Assembly: GCF_009914755.1 (NCBI RefSeq)
Contig: NC_060947.1
Length of the DNA stretch: 64,000 bases
Reading direction: 5' to 3' (one strand)
Source of the DNA: the human T2T-CHM13v2.0 reference genome, Homo sapiens
Numbering within the stretch: the first letter of the stretch is position 1; every line of letters begins with the position of its first letter. The translations under genes and the position numbers were made by a program. This document shows positions 51,945-64,000 of the stretch, one piece after another. Below the pieces are notes generated by a model. It was not told where the DNA came from. It saw only the letters and a list, made by a program, of their open reading frames with translations, and made no database searches.

Positions 51945-52471
51945 CAGAGGTCCCCAACCCAGAGGTCCCCAACCCTCAATCCATCTGTGGCCTGTTAGGA
52001 ACCAGCCCACACACCAGGAGGTGAGCAGCGGGCAAGCGAATGAAGCTTCATCTGTATTTACAACCACTCCCCATCCCTCTAATTACAGCCTGAGCTCCGC
52101 CTCCTGTCAGATGAGCAGCCACATTAGATTCTCATAGGAGCACAAACCCTATTGTGAACTGCGCATGTGAGGGATCTAGGTTGCATGCTCCTTATGAGAA
52201 TCTAATGCCTGATCTGTCACTTTCTCCCATCACCCCCAGATGAGACTGTCCAGTTGCAGGAAAACAAGCTCAGGGCTCCCACTGATTCTACATGATGGTG
52301 AGTTGTATAATTATTTTATTATATATTACAATGGAATAATAATACAAATAAAGTACACAATAAATGTAATGTGCTTGAATCATCCCAAAACCACCCCCAC
52401 ACCCCCTTGTCCACGGAAAAATTGTCTTTCACAAAACTAGTCCCTGGTGCCAAGAAGGTTGGGGACCACTG
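51945..52471 (+). mobile_element. MER1A (hAT-Charlie), full length
   Basis: TIRs cagaggtccccaacc / ggttggggaccactg; perfect 8-bp TSD ctctatac (51937-51944 / 52472-52479). Confidence 0.95.
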
Positions 52472-53977
52472 CTCTATACCCCAATAGGCAACATTTTCAT
52501 TCTTCTGTGCTATGTACATTCTAAGAGCTTGCTCTGTAATCACAGTGGCCTGTGCCTAGATTTTTTTTTTCTTTTTGAGTAAGAACTAGTAAGACAATGG
52601 CTAATACAGTGGAAGACTGTGATGAATTTTGTGTTTAATAAAGCAACAGATGGTTGGAATTCATTTTAATTCCTTAGCAAGAATGAGTAAAACCCAGGAA
52701 ATTGTTAGTATTCACCTCTTTAATGGAAAGTCATAAAATTAGTCTTCTTCCTTCTGGATTTGGCCTCAATTACAGAGTGTGTTGGATTGGTGATGTAAAA
52801 GTTACTAAACACCATGGGATCGTGTAGGGTGCTTAATCAGTTATATTGCGGTCCTATAAAACAGCACTCTCGTGATAGAAATTAAGGCGATAAAATAGCT
52901 CAATTAGCTGTCTACGTATGGGTGTAGTAGAATGAAAAGTAGAGAGAGGATTCAGGCCAGACACAACCAGTGGACCTTCTTCAGTCAGAAATGGAAGTTT
53001 GGGATGCTGGGGGGTCTTGGAGTCAAGCCAATTGTTTATGGTTCATGAGAGGAGATGGGGTGACATGAAAAAATCCTCAGAGCTTTTGGAAAATTCTTCA
53101 AAACAGTAAAAATTAGTGAACGTATCTGTAATATTTTACTAAGTCAAAGATGCATTCTTAGACTATGATTTTAAAGTGAAAGTGATCAAAGATGTTGATA
53201 AGTCACATATCCTTATTAGAAATAGAGGAGAACAATGCTTTAGGGAGAAAATAATGTGTGTCCAAGGTTATGTTGTTAGTTAATGAAACAAGGACTAGAA
53301 ATAATTTTTTTCCAGATTCTACTGAACATTCTGTACCACACTGCCTCTTCTTTTTCTTTTTTTAAAAATAACTTTATAATGTTACTTTAAAAGGACTAAA
53401 GAAACAGTCACCTAGTCTCTGTATAATTTATTGCTTTTCAAACATCCACGTGTGAATAAAATATATGTTTTATAAGAATAGTGTATTACTTTGAGTATAC
53501 CAGCACACACTGTGGATCTCCTCACCATGTTGGCATGGCAAATGGTATAATTCATTCAACTCAACATAATTTAATGATGTCTTTAAACGTCTGGCCCTGT
53601 TCCTTAGAGTAAGTGTGTTGAGCAGAGTTAAAAACATACATCTCAAATGTTTGGCAGTCCCTCTTTTCTCACAATCATTGAATAAATGAAGTATTTACAG
53701 ATGCACAGTTTTTTCTACTCATTTTCCCCCTTATCCATTTCATCCAACAATTCTTGTTCATTCCATGATTTAATTGTATTGCCTGAAAGTAGTGACAACT
53801 TTGAATAATCATTCACACTCATGTTGAGATGAAAATACTATCTAGGAGTGAGTTTCATTAATCACAAATCTCTTTTTTAGTATACACCACTTTTTCTTTC
53901 CTATTTCTGTGTTAGGCCCATAATTCACACTCTCACTCAAAAGAGAGTAGAGCACCTTGGAAATTTCTGTTGGGAGG

Positions 53978-54816
53978 CATGGCAGGTCGACTTCTATTAA
54001 TAGATGGTTCCTGTGACTTTCTCTCCCCAGTATTACTTTCAGAACTATGTTACATTTATGTACAAGGCAAAAGGGATTTTTGCAGATGCAGTTCAGGTTA
54101 CTACTGAGTCAACCTTAAAATAGGGAGATTATCAGGCTGGAACTAATCCAACCATGTGAGCCATATAAAAGCAGTGTTTTCTCCAGCTGGCGCCAGAAGC
54201 AGAAGTCAGAAAGATCTGAAGCATGAGAAGCTTTGGATGGGAGGGAGGCTTTCTGACACTAAAGGATGTGGACGGACCCAAGAGCAGCCACTGGGAGCTG
54301 AGAGTGACCCCAGCCAATAGCCAGAAAGGATTTGAGGGCCTCTGCCGGGCACGGTGGCTCTCACCTATAATCCCAGCACTTAAGGGGGTTGAAGTGGGCG
54401 GATCATTTGAGGTCAGGAGTTCGAGACCAGCCTGGCCAACATGGTGAAACCCCGTCTCTACTAAAAATACAAAAAGTAGCCAGGCATGTAATGCATGCCT
54501 GTAATCCCAGGTACTCAGGAGGCTGAGGCATGAGAATGGCTTGAACCCGGGAGGCGGAGGTTGCAGTGAGCCGAGATCGCACCATCGCACTCCAGATAGG
54601 GTGACAGAGCAAGATGCCATCCCCCCGCCCCCAAAAAATTGGTGGGACTTCAATCCTATAACCACAAAAAACTGGATTCTGCCAGCAATCCCAGTGAATT
54701 TGAGCAAGATTTTTCCCCAAACCTGCCAGCACCTTCATTTTGGCCTTGTGAGATTCTGAGGAGAGAAATTTGCTCAAGTTGTAGTAATTGGTTATGCACC
54801 AAAAGAAAATTAATAG
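53978..54816 (+). mobile_element. MLT1E-type LTR interrupted by an Alu
   Basis: ggcaaaagggatttttgcagatg...aaatagggagattatc...ctggattctgccagcaa...ttttggccttgtgagattctgag. Confidence 0.75.
54344..54637 (+). mobile_element. AluSx/Sz-like with C-rich degenerate tail
   Basis: Sense full Alu body; tail catccccccgcccccaaaaaa. Confidence 0.93.
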
Positions 54817-55789
54817 TTTTCTAGGGGCAGACAAGATTTTTACCATCATTTAAAATTAAAAAAAAAAAAAGATGTGGAGGAGAAAGAAAGAGGGAGAGCG
54901 ACTAAATGAAAATGTTCTACTCTGTTAAGTTGTGCTATTGGAAAACACTCTAATGGAGATGGGGGCTCCAAAAAGAAAAACGTGTTTGTGAGCAGGGGAT
55001 AAAAAGGAAGAGAAACCTTTGGGAAGAAATAGGAGAGAACAAAGAGGCCCCTGCCCCCTGCCCAGGCCTTGCTGTAGGTCAGCTCTGGAAGACAAGGGAG
55101 GCCTACAGAGGAAGCCGCGTCATCAGGGAAAAGCTAGGTTTGTGTCTGGGGGAGAAAGTGAAGAGAATGTTCAGAGAAGGTTTCAGGGGGCAGAGGAGTT
55201 TGCTGAGGACACAAAGGAAGCCGGAGCAAAAAATCCCTGAAGGGTTTTAGAAGGGAGAACAGGGGAGGGGAATGGAGGCAGGTTAATGGTATGTACGAGT
55301 GGTATAAAGGTATAAATGATGTAAGTAAAGACGTGACCTGGCAGGCGCACTCCTGCTGGTGCCTGAGAGCACTTGTCCTGATGGCCCTTTATGATACAGT
55401 GAAGGAAGAGGGATTCTGAGAACACCTTAGTCCCTGCAGCTTCTGACAGTTGGGCTATAAAGTGCAGTTCTCTTAGACAATCACGAGTTCAACACCGCCC
55501 CCCTCCCACTCCAGTGTCAACTCCATGCAGGCAGATCACAGAACAATGTCTGGGATATCACGGGTGCCCAGGAGGTATTAGTTGAGTGAACTTCAGGAAG
55601 ACTTTCTTTTCTATGTCCTAATATTAACAGTGCCTGCAGAGAGAGGAGTTTAGAAACTGCTTCTAGGCATGTTGAGTATGAACTAAATCAAATTACCAAG
55701 AAAGCCTCAAAAGCCCTGAATCCTGATGCTTAGATAAAACAGACATTTGGGTATATATTTTTATTTTTCTTTCTTTATAGAGAGCAACT

Positions 55790-56697
55790 GTTCATCTATG
55801 AGAATATTTTATTTCCATTCCTTCCCCATCCCTAGCCCCCAAAAAGAATCTCGACCCTCCCACATCCTTCTGCATTTGATCAAATGCCATTTTTTTTCCA
55901 GTTGTTCAAACCAGATAGCTTGGATCTTTTTTTAGCTCTCTGTGTCCCTTACACTGTATAACTCCTGAACATATTTTCTAGGCTCTGTCTTTCAACTATA
56001 TCCACAGGAAGCCACTATTTAACACCTCTACGTTTACCCCCCCCATATCAAGTTAGCAAACACACATCATAATGCATTGTGTGGGCTATGAAGTCTAACT
56101 GGTCTACCTGTTCCTACCCTAGTCTCCCCATATAGCAGCCACAGTGGTTCTATTAAAGTGTAAGTCACGACAGGGCCCTGCATTGCTTTCCTTCTCAATC
56201 CGAATGAAATCCAGTCCATGTCAGCATCTACTACATGATCTTGCTCCCGCTCTCTTCCAGGTGTCTTTTCCCATCTCTTTACCTGTTGTTAAGAGAGAGA
56301 GCCAGCCATGCTGTCCTCCAAGTATGACTGTGCTGGAGGGGGTTTCCACTTCCTGTTTCTCCTGCATGGAATATTCTACCACCAGATATTTTCAGGGCTC
56401 ACTTTTTTACTCCCACAACCAGAGAGATTTTTGTTTTCTTCTGATTGCTCTATTCAAAATCCCAACCACCTCATCACTCTTTATTCTTAAACATGGCATG
56501 CTTTTCTTCCTAGCTCTCATTATCACCTGCCATATTATATATATTTATCTCTTTGGTAGTTTTTTGTCTCTCCACTTTAGCGTGTAAGTTCCATGAGGGC
56601 AGAGGCTTTTTCCATTGTGTTCGTTGGTATTTTTCCAGCTTCTGAAACTCCGCCTGTTATTTAGTAGGTATTTAACAAATAGTAAATGAATGAATGG
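55790..56697 (+). mobile_element. L2a 3' region
   Basis: gcagccacagtggttctattaaagtgtaagtca...tgtaagttccatgagggcagagg...aacaaatagtaaatgaatgaat terminus. Confidence 0.75.
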
Positions 56698-58206
56698 CTT
56701 TATTTCTTCCAATAAATAATGGCCATTAGAAACCTGGTTTAAAGATACAGTCACACAGTAAAGAGTGGAGATTTTATTCATGAACAGGACCAATAAAATG
56801 GAGAAGAAACAAAGTGACCATGAAATAACCAAATGATAGGATGGGTAAAAAGTCACTGACTATGGAGCTGATGTAGACCTTCAAGATGCAACTCCTTAGT
56901 CTGAAGATGATGACAGTGAGACCAAAGGATGTCTCATTTATGCCCTTTCAAGCTCAAACAACTACATTACCACCTGGCCATGACAAGAACAGTCTTTGAA
57001 TTGTCCAACACAGAAGATTATCTCTAAAAATTAGAAGGAGAAGAGACATGGAGGAAAATGAAGAGTAGAACTCTTTATTGATTGGCTATTTGCCAGTCAC
57101 ACAGTTATGCATTAGGTCTTTAAGTGTGCTTATGCAAGAGAAGGTAGACACAAATATAGAGAATAGAGCAGATTATCAGTCCTTTCTTATGGTTTTCATA
57201 ACTGTTAAAATATCTTTCTTTGTTTTTAACAAGGAATCCAGGGTTTGTTAATAGCTAAATTTGAAGAGGAAAAATACATTAATGTTTTCATAGCATAGTT
57301 TTAAAGGAATAAACATAAATATTAAAAATAACTTAAAATAGTAGCATAACATTAGGGAGAAAGGTTTATTTATTACAAAAAAAAAGAGCTGAAACACTGG
57401 ATATACAGTGGCTAATTACTGCACCAGCACGGATAATACTTCATGAAGAAAGTTTTAAGTAAAGCTGAAGCAAACAAAAATACTTTAAGACTTACATCAT
57501 AAAGCAGTATAGAAAGAGATTAGTCAAGCCACCATTTCAGCTAAGCCAGCCGCACTTATGCTCACATCGGATGACATATTTACATTTGCTGGTCTGAAGC
57601 AAGGTGATTTATAGGGGTGAGTCATACTTGGCATCTCCTGACAATATATTGCCTCAGATTAAAATATAAACACTTTTCACTGTAATTTTGAGGTGTCTTG
57701 AGCTTCATCTAAAAACATATTTGGTGCTGAGCGAATGAAATCCCTACACGTTCTATTTAAACAATGTTTTAAAAATATATCATGTTCAATGCATTCCCCT
57801 GGATCTAATTGTCAGATTGGATAAGCTAAACTAACTTTTGGGGCTTGGCCAGATCAAAGCTAAGTCTTCTATACATTAGAAAGATGTGTAGCTCCCATTA
57901 CCACTGACATTTTGGACAGCTACTCGCTGTTCCAAACCTGCCTTATCTCTATTTCTGTCTCCACACTGCACGAGCTTTAAATGGCCACTGGCTGGTCAGT
58001 GTCTCCCCATGTTGTCTACTTTTTCTTTTTCGAGTTTGAAGTAGTTACTTTGCTACTTGCCCCTCTCAGAACCTCAGAATTCTCTCAGTTCTCCTCTCTC
58101 TTACTCCCAATGCCTTCCAGTGGCAAAATCCTGCTAATTATATCTCTTAGATACATGTAAGGTATCTAAAGAGATAACCTTGCTTCCACTTTTCCAAGTC
58201 GCTGCC

Positions 58207-58790
58207 CGTGATGGTTAATATTAGGTGTCAACTTAATTGGATTGAAGGATGCCTAGATGGCTGGTAAAGTATTGTTTCTGGGTGTGTCTGTGAGAGTGTT
58301 GCCAGAGGAGATTGACATTTGAGTTGGTGGACTGGGAAAGGAAGACCCACCCTCAATGTGGATGAGCACAATCTAATTTGCTGCCTGCATGGCTAGAAGA
58401 AAGCAGGCTGGAGAAGGTGGGATAACCTTGCTTGCTGAGTCTTCTGGCTCTCTTTCTTCCTCCCACACTGGACCCTTGCTTCCACTCCTCCTGCCCTTGG
58501 ACACCAGACTCCAGGTTCTTCTGCCTTTCGACTCTGGGACTTGTACCAGTGGTTTCCAGGGGGTTCTGGGGCCTTCAGCCACAGACTGAAGGCTGCACTC
58601 TTGGCTTCCCTACTTTTGAGGCTGTTGGACTTGGACTGAGACACTGTTGGCTTCTTTCTTCCCCATCTTGCAGATGGCCTATCGTGGGACTTTGCCTTGT
58701 GATCATGGGAGCCAACTATCCCTAATGAACTCCCTTTTATATATACAGAGATACTATTGGTCCTGTCCCTCTGGAGAACCCTAGTATACT
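58207..58790 (+). mobile_element. MLT2A (A2-like) solo LTR (HERV-L)
   Basis: gtgatggttaatattaggtgtcaacttaattggattgaaggatgcc...gccacagactgaaggctgcact...ctgtccctctggagaaccct. Confidence 0.9.
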
Positions 58791-59116
58791 GTGCACACTT
58801 TATAACTTCTCTCTAGAGTAGTCACGTCAGTTTTCTGGCTGTTGTCTCCACTGCAGTCTTTCCCCACTCTAATCCACCTTGAATAGAACCCAAAGAGTGA
58901 CCTTCAGAGAGCTCAGCCCTTTCATTGTTTCTCATTGCCTGGAGAGCAAGACTCAAAAGTTCAAGTTGGCATTGATTCTGCAGACCAGCCTTAGTCTGTA
59001 CTTTAGCCTCATTCTGCATCCTCCTGTCCCATCCCCAGCATACCAGCCCTACAGAAATCTGTCCACTCTCCAATTATACCTAACAGGTTCCTACTTAGGA
59101 GACTTCCTTCCAGTAG

Positions 59117-59512
<396 letters not shown>

Positions 59513-60369
59513 TGAATTACAGCATCATCAAAATCTTCCCTGTACCCTGTCCGATTATGTGTTCACCCACATCTGCAGAGGGCTACTCTGTAAAGTGTGC
59601 GTGCTGTATTATTCATCATTGCAGTCTACCTGGTATCTAACAAAATGCCTTGCACAAATGAGCTGCTCAATAAAAATATGCTGTTTCTTTTTGATCCAGT
59701 GGCTGAGGTTTATCCCAGAAAACAAAATGCCATATGTCTCTGTTCTGTCTGATGGTATTGTGGCTTTAACTAATGACTGGTTTAATTTGGGACTAGCCAC
59801 TCAGAGAAACCATTCATTCTAAACTCAACATCTGATAATGAATTTGTATATTCTCTCTCAAATGGGTTAGTTCCATTCTAGTTGGTATTTTTACTAAATT
59901 AATTCAATAAGTTGCCAGTGAAAATATCAGGCACTGAGACTGGGTGATGATGAGAAATTTGCGGTCTGGGATACTTTTTGAAACCACCAAGCCACATCAC
60001 GTAGGTGGTTTCCATAGGTCGGGATAGCCATGAGTGACTGACAGTTTTCCACTTTTCATTCTCTTTGCTTCATGCTCTGAAAAAATGTATATATTGGTCA
60101 CTTCTCTGACCCAGGTATACCCAAGGAGAGGCATATCTAAAACTCGCACAGATCTTAAGCACAGTTTTGAATACACAGTGGGTTCTTCTTGATTAATCAA
60201 TTTTTGACTGACATAATCCCAGTTAATCTTTGGGATCAAAGACCAGTCTTAGTCTTTGACGAGGCTGGTCTTTGACAAGTTAATTTACGAATCTTCATAA
60301 TCAGTAATGCCCTGTTTTCATGAACCCAGGGACCACAGATTTTCCCTTGGTTTTAAAAGTCTTCCCAGT

Positions 60370-60740
60370 AAGGTACAATGTGACGTTTTGACATATGTAA
60401 GCAATGTGAAATGGTTAAATCAAGCTACTTAACATATCTATCACCTCTTTTAATGCTTTTTGAGGTGAGACATTTAAAATTTACTCCCTTAGTTATTTGG
60501 AATATATAATACATTAGTACTGACTATAGTCACCCTGTGATGCCTTAGATCTCAAGATGTATTCCTCATGTCTTTCTGAAACATTGTACCCTTTGACTAA
60601 CAACTCCCCATTCCCTCTCTGCTTATCCCCCCACACCATCATCTGGTACCCACAATTCTACTCTCCCTTTCTATGAGTTCAACTTTTATAGCTTCCACAT
60701 ATGAGATCATGCAGTAATTGTCTTCCTGTGCCTGCCTTAA
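60370..60740 (-). mobile_element. LINE-1 3' fragment, L1MA8/9-like
   Basis: gtgaaatggttaaatcaagctacttaacatatc...gtgagacatttaaaatttactc...ctatgagttcaactttt. Confidence 0.82.
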
Positions 60741-60835
60741 TATTAATAAAAATAAAAATTTAAAAAGTCTTCCAAATGCACTAAAACCTATCACCTACTT
60801 TGAGCTTTCTTATAGCACCTTTTGTAGAAAGCCCA

Positions 60836-61209
60836 TGTATTAGTTCATTTTCACACTACTATAAAGATACCACCTGAGACCAGGTAATTTATAAAGGAAA
60901 GGGGTTTAATTGACTCACAATTCCACATGGCTGGAGAGGCCTCGGGAAACTTATAATCATGTTGGAAGGGAAAGCAGGCCCATCTTACATGGCAGCAGGT
61001 GAGAGAGGGAGTGTGTGTAGGAGGAAATGTCAAACACTTATAAAACCATCAGATTTCATGAGAACTCATTCACTGTCATGAGAACAGCTTGGAGGAAACT
61101 GCCTTCGTGATCCAATCACCTCCTACCAGGTCCCTCCCTTGACGTGGGGATTATGAGGATTACAATTCTAGATGAGATTCGGGCGGGGACACAGAGCCAA
61201 ACTATATCA
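60836..61209 (-). mobile_element. MSTA/THE1D-like solo LTR
   Basis: tgtattagttcattttcacact...ggggacacagagccaaactatatca; perfect 5-bp TSD gccca. Confidence 0.92.
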
Positions 61210-61912
61210 GCCCATATCCTCTGAAGCCAAAATTTCAACATTTTACTAAATGGCAGCAAACTGAAGACTATTTACAAGTCAGTATCCTAGAGATGGGTTA
61301 ACACTTTTTCCTCCTTGTCATGAGCACATGGATGTGCAATTTCCAGGAAGCCTCTTTTAGAAGAGATCCTGAGCGCTTCCCAAGCCTGCAGACGTGTGAT
61401 TCACTTTCTTTCCCTGAACTTGACCCCACAAGAACCCACCGTAAATTGGAACTGTTCTTTGAAATTGCGTTTAACACTAAAAGGACACGTTGGAATTAGA
61501 CATCATGATTCATCTTTCCTGTTTGTTTCAATGTCAAAATAATGATAAAATGTTTTTAACATTGAATAAAGAAAAATACACCTCTTATAGCTGTGGCTCC
61601 TGTGAATACTGTGGCTCCTTGGGCTTCTTTCTTCACTGTCTCTCACACCAAGGGGTATTTTTATTAGAGTTTGAGAAGTGGTGTCCCATTGCTTTGATAG
61701 GAAAGTTGCAGGGAAGATGTATAGTGGCCCTGAGGACACTTTCCACCAAGTCCTTTCTCTCATTCTAGGTTATATGTCTATGGCCTCCTTGCTGTGATAT
61801 GTAGCCACCGAGAACTTTGTTCTCTCTAATGGAATGTGTGATGGAGTGTATATGTGTATATAGATACACACTACCTTTAGCCCCAGCTCATAGACCTACA
61901 TTTTCTCTTTCT

Positions 61913-62207
61913 CTTTTTTTTTTTTTTTGAGACGGAATCTCACTCTGTCACCCAGGCTGGAAGTAGCACGATCTCGGCTCGCTGCAACCTCTGCCTCCTG
62001 GGTTCAAGTGATTCTTTTGCCTCAGCCTCCCAAGTAGCTGGGATTACAGGCGTGCACCACTATGCCCGGCTAATTTTTTGTATTTTTAGTAGAGACAGGG
62101 TTTCACCATGTTGGTTAGGCTGGTCTCAAACTCCTGACCTCAGGTGATCTGCCAATGTTGGCCTCCCAAAGTGTTGGGGTTACAGGCGTGAGCCACCGCG
62201 CCCGGCC
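61913..62207 (-). mobile_element. AluSx-like
   Basis: Antisense full Alu; TSD cattt(t/c)ctctttct. Confidence 0.95.
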
Positions 62208-62334
62208 CATTTCCTCTTTCTTGTTCATTTATTTTCTGTTCATAAAAGAGAGAACCGTGAGATCCCAGAGAATGAGTAATCTACACAGGAGGACAGTCAT
62301 TAGTGTGGGACCCTAACTGAACACAGTTTTCCAC

Positions 62335-62785
62335 TGTGTCTGAATAAGGTCCCCCAACCAGTGAATACATTACCTTATACAGCATAAAGGGATTTGGCAG
62401 ATGTCATAAACTAAGGATTTTGAGATTGGGACATTATCCTGGATTATTTAGGTGAGTCCAATGTAATCACAAGGGTATTTATAATGAAAAGAAGGAGGCT
62501 GGGGGTTCAGAGGGCAGAGAAGGCCATCAGACAATGGAAGCAGAGATTGAAAGGATGTGCTTTGAAGGTGGAGGAAGGGGCCAGAAACGGAGGAATGTTG
62601 GAAGCCATGAGAATCTGAAAAACCCAAGGAAACGGATTCTCCCTGCAGAGGCTCCAGAGAAACTAGATTTTCTAGCACCTTAACTTTATTTGGGTGAACT
62701 TTATTTAGACCTTCTGGTCTTGTGTCTTGTTTTTAGCCACTGTGTTTGTTGTGATTCGTCATACTATCAATAGGAAAGAAATACG
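62335..62785 (+). mobile_element. MLT1D-like solo LTR
   Basis: gggatttggcagatgt...attatcctggattat...ccaatgtaatcacaagggt...aaggaaacggattctccc. Confidence 0.82.
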
Positions 62786-63120
62786 CCTGCCAACTTGATT
62801 TCCTGCCTGGGGCTTTTCCATGAGGAGGAAATAAACAACTGTATTTGAGCCATGCAATTTTAGGGGGTCACATGTTATTGTTGCTCGCTCTATACTACTA
62901 ATAGAGAACTTGCGTTCCTCTTCAACTGATACTCTGGAGACAGTAAGCTACTTACCCATCTGGGAGTTGGAGAGAGAGAGAGATTTTGATAGGGTCTATC
63001 TTATAAGTGTCAACTATGTAGAATCGGAGAAAAAAAAAGAATAATAAAAAATGAATTCAACCTCTGAGTGAGAAGACAATCATCAATGAATTACAACCTC
63101 ATGAGAGATAAAGTATAACT

Positions 63121-63232
63121 ACTTAGTGGCATGAGTACCTTGACAAAGTAACTTAGTGGCACGAGTACCTTGGTAAAGTAACTTAGTGGCATGTGTACCT
63201 TTGATAAAGTAACTTAGTGTCAGGAGTACCTT
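63121..63232. repeat. 30-bp minisatellite, ~3.7 copies
   Basis: acttagtggcatgagtaccttgacaaagta and variants at 63121, 63151, 63181, 63212. Confidence 0.95.
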
Positions 63233-63743
63233 TCTCTTCTTATCTCCTGCCTCCTGACTCTTCCTGGCAACTGTATTTGTTTAAGATGGTAAATACATAA
63301 TTGAATAAAAATGTTTAAAATATTGATGTTGGTAGAAAATATTCCCCATATATATGAAATAAAATAAAATATTTAAATTACATCTGCCTTGATAAATACC
63401 TTTATCATGATTCAGTAATCCAATACCCTATAATTAGTGGTTGCTTTATGTTTAAGAAACTCAACTGCAGAAATTCAAGATAAGGGATTGGTCACTACAT
63501 TGAGATTCTAGGTCCAAAGATTTAATTATCAAGAGTAGATTTGGGGACAGCATTTAAACTCTGCACAATTTCCCATCTCCAAACTTAGACAAAAAATGTA
63601 TTAGAAAAAAAGTATTAGTTTATCAAATTTTTATTCATATAATTCAGAGAGAAAAAAAGTGGTTAATTTTAGATAACTGTTTTACCAAACATATTTTTTT
63701 CTTTGTAACAAAAATGTAAGGGAAATTTATTCTAAAATTATCT

Positions 63744-64000
63744 TGTATTAGTTTTCTATACCACATAACAGATTGTCACAAACTTACTGGTTGAAAACAG
63801 CACATGTGTGTCATCTCATAGCTCTTGTGATCTGAGAATATGGGCGTGGCTTAGGGTCCACTGCACACTTTTACTTGCTGTAATCAAGGTGTCACCTGGG
63901 CTCTATTCTCACCTTCGAGGCTTGACTGGAGGAATCAAGTTTAGGTTGTTGGCAGAACTCATCTTCTTGGGGCTGAGTGAACGAGGGCCCTGGCTTTCCA
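63744..64000 (-). mobile_element. MLT1E-type LTR (runs off window)
   Basis: tgtattagttttctat...cacaaacttactggttgaaaacagcac...aatcaaggtgtc...gttgttggcagaactca. Confidence 0.75.

Noticed and set aside
54132-54849. 191-aa and 148-aa - strand ORFs
   Set aside because: Read through antisense Alu and MLT1E sequence; typical Alu-derived peptides
55300-55520. TATA-like boxes (tataaa) with a nearby GC-rich patch as a promoter
   Set aside because: No CpG island or downstream exon support; motif is too common
63121-63232. CRISPR-like 30-bp repeats
   Set aside because: Head-to-tail with no unique spacers, no cas genes, primate DNA

Overview
Non-coding primate (human-like) genomic DNA, either intronic or intergenic. 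It is AT-rich and CpG-depleted, with no credible protein-coding exon, RNA gene or CpG island. About 40% is recognisable interspersed repeat: ~20 Alu/FLAM/FRAM copies (many with TSDs), L1 3' ends (mostly on the - strand), L2/MIR/L3 relics, solo LTRs (MLT1, MLT2, THE1/MST, LTR33, LTR27/28-like) and DNA-transposon relics (MER20, MER5, Tigger3, MER58A, MER3, MER1A), plus many micro- and minisatellites. The provided ORFs are explained by repeats, low complexity or chance. Subfamily calls are by eye from remembered consensus sequences and need RepeatMasker/Dfam confirmation. I see no evidence of a novel gene system. The most unusual structure is a composite at 24.1-25.7 kb: a ~300-bp direct duplicate bracketed by a 50-bp inverted repeat and AT-rich hairpins, resembling a fossil multi-template-switch repair scar. 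Other leads are DUX4 motifs in LTRs, two + strand candidate small exons and a ~220-bp higher-order period in a (CCAT)n tract.
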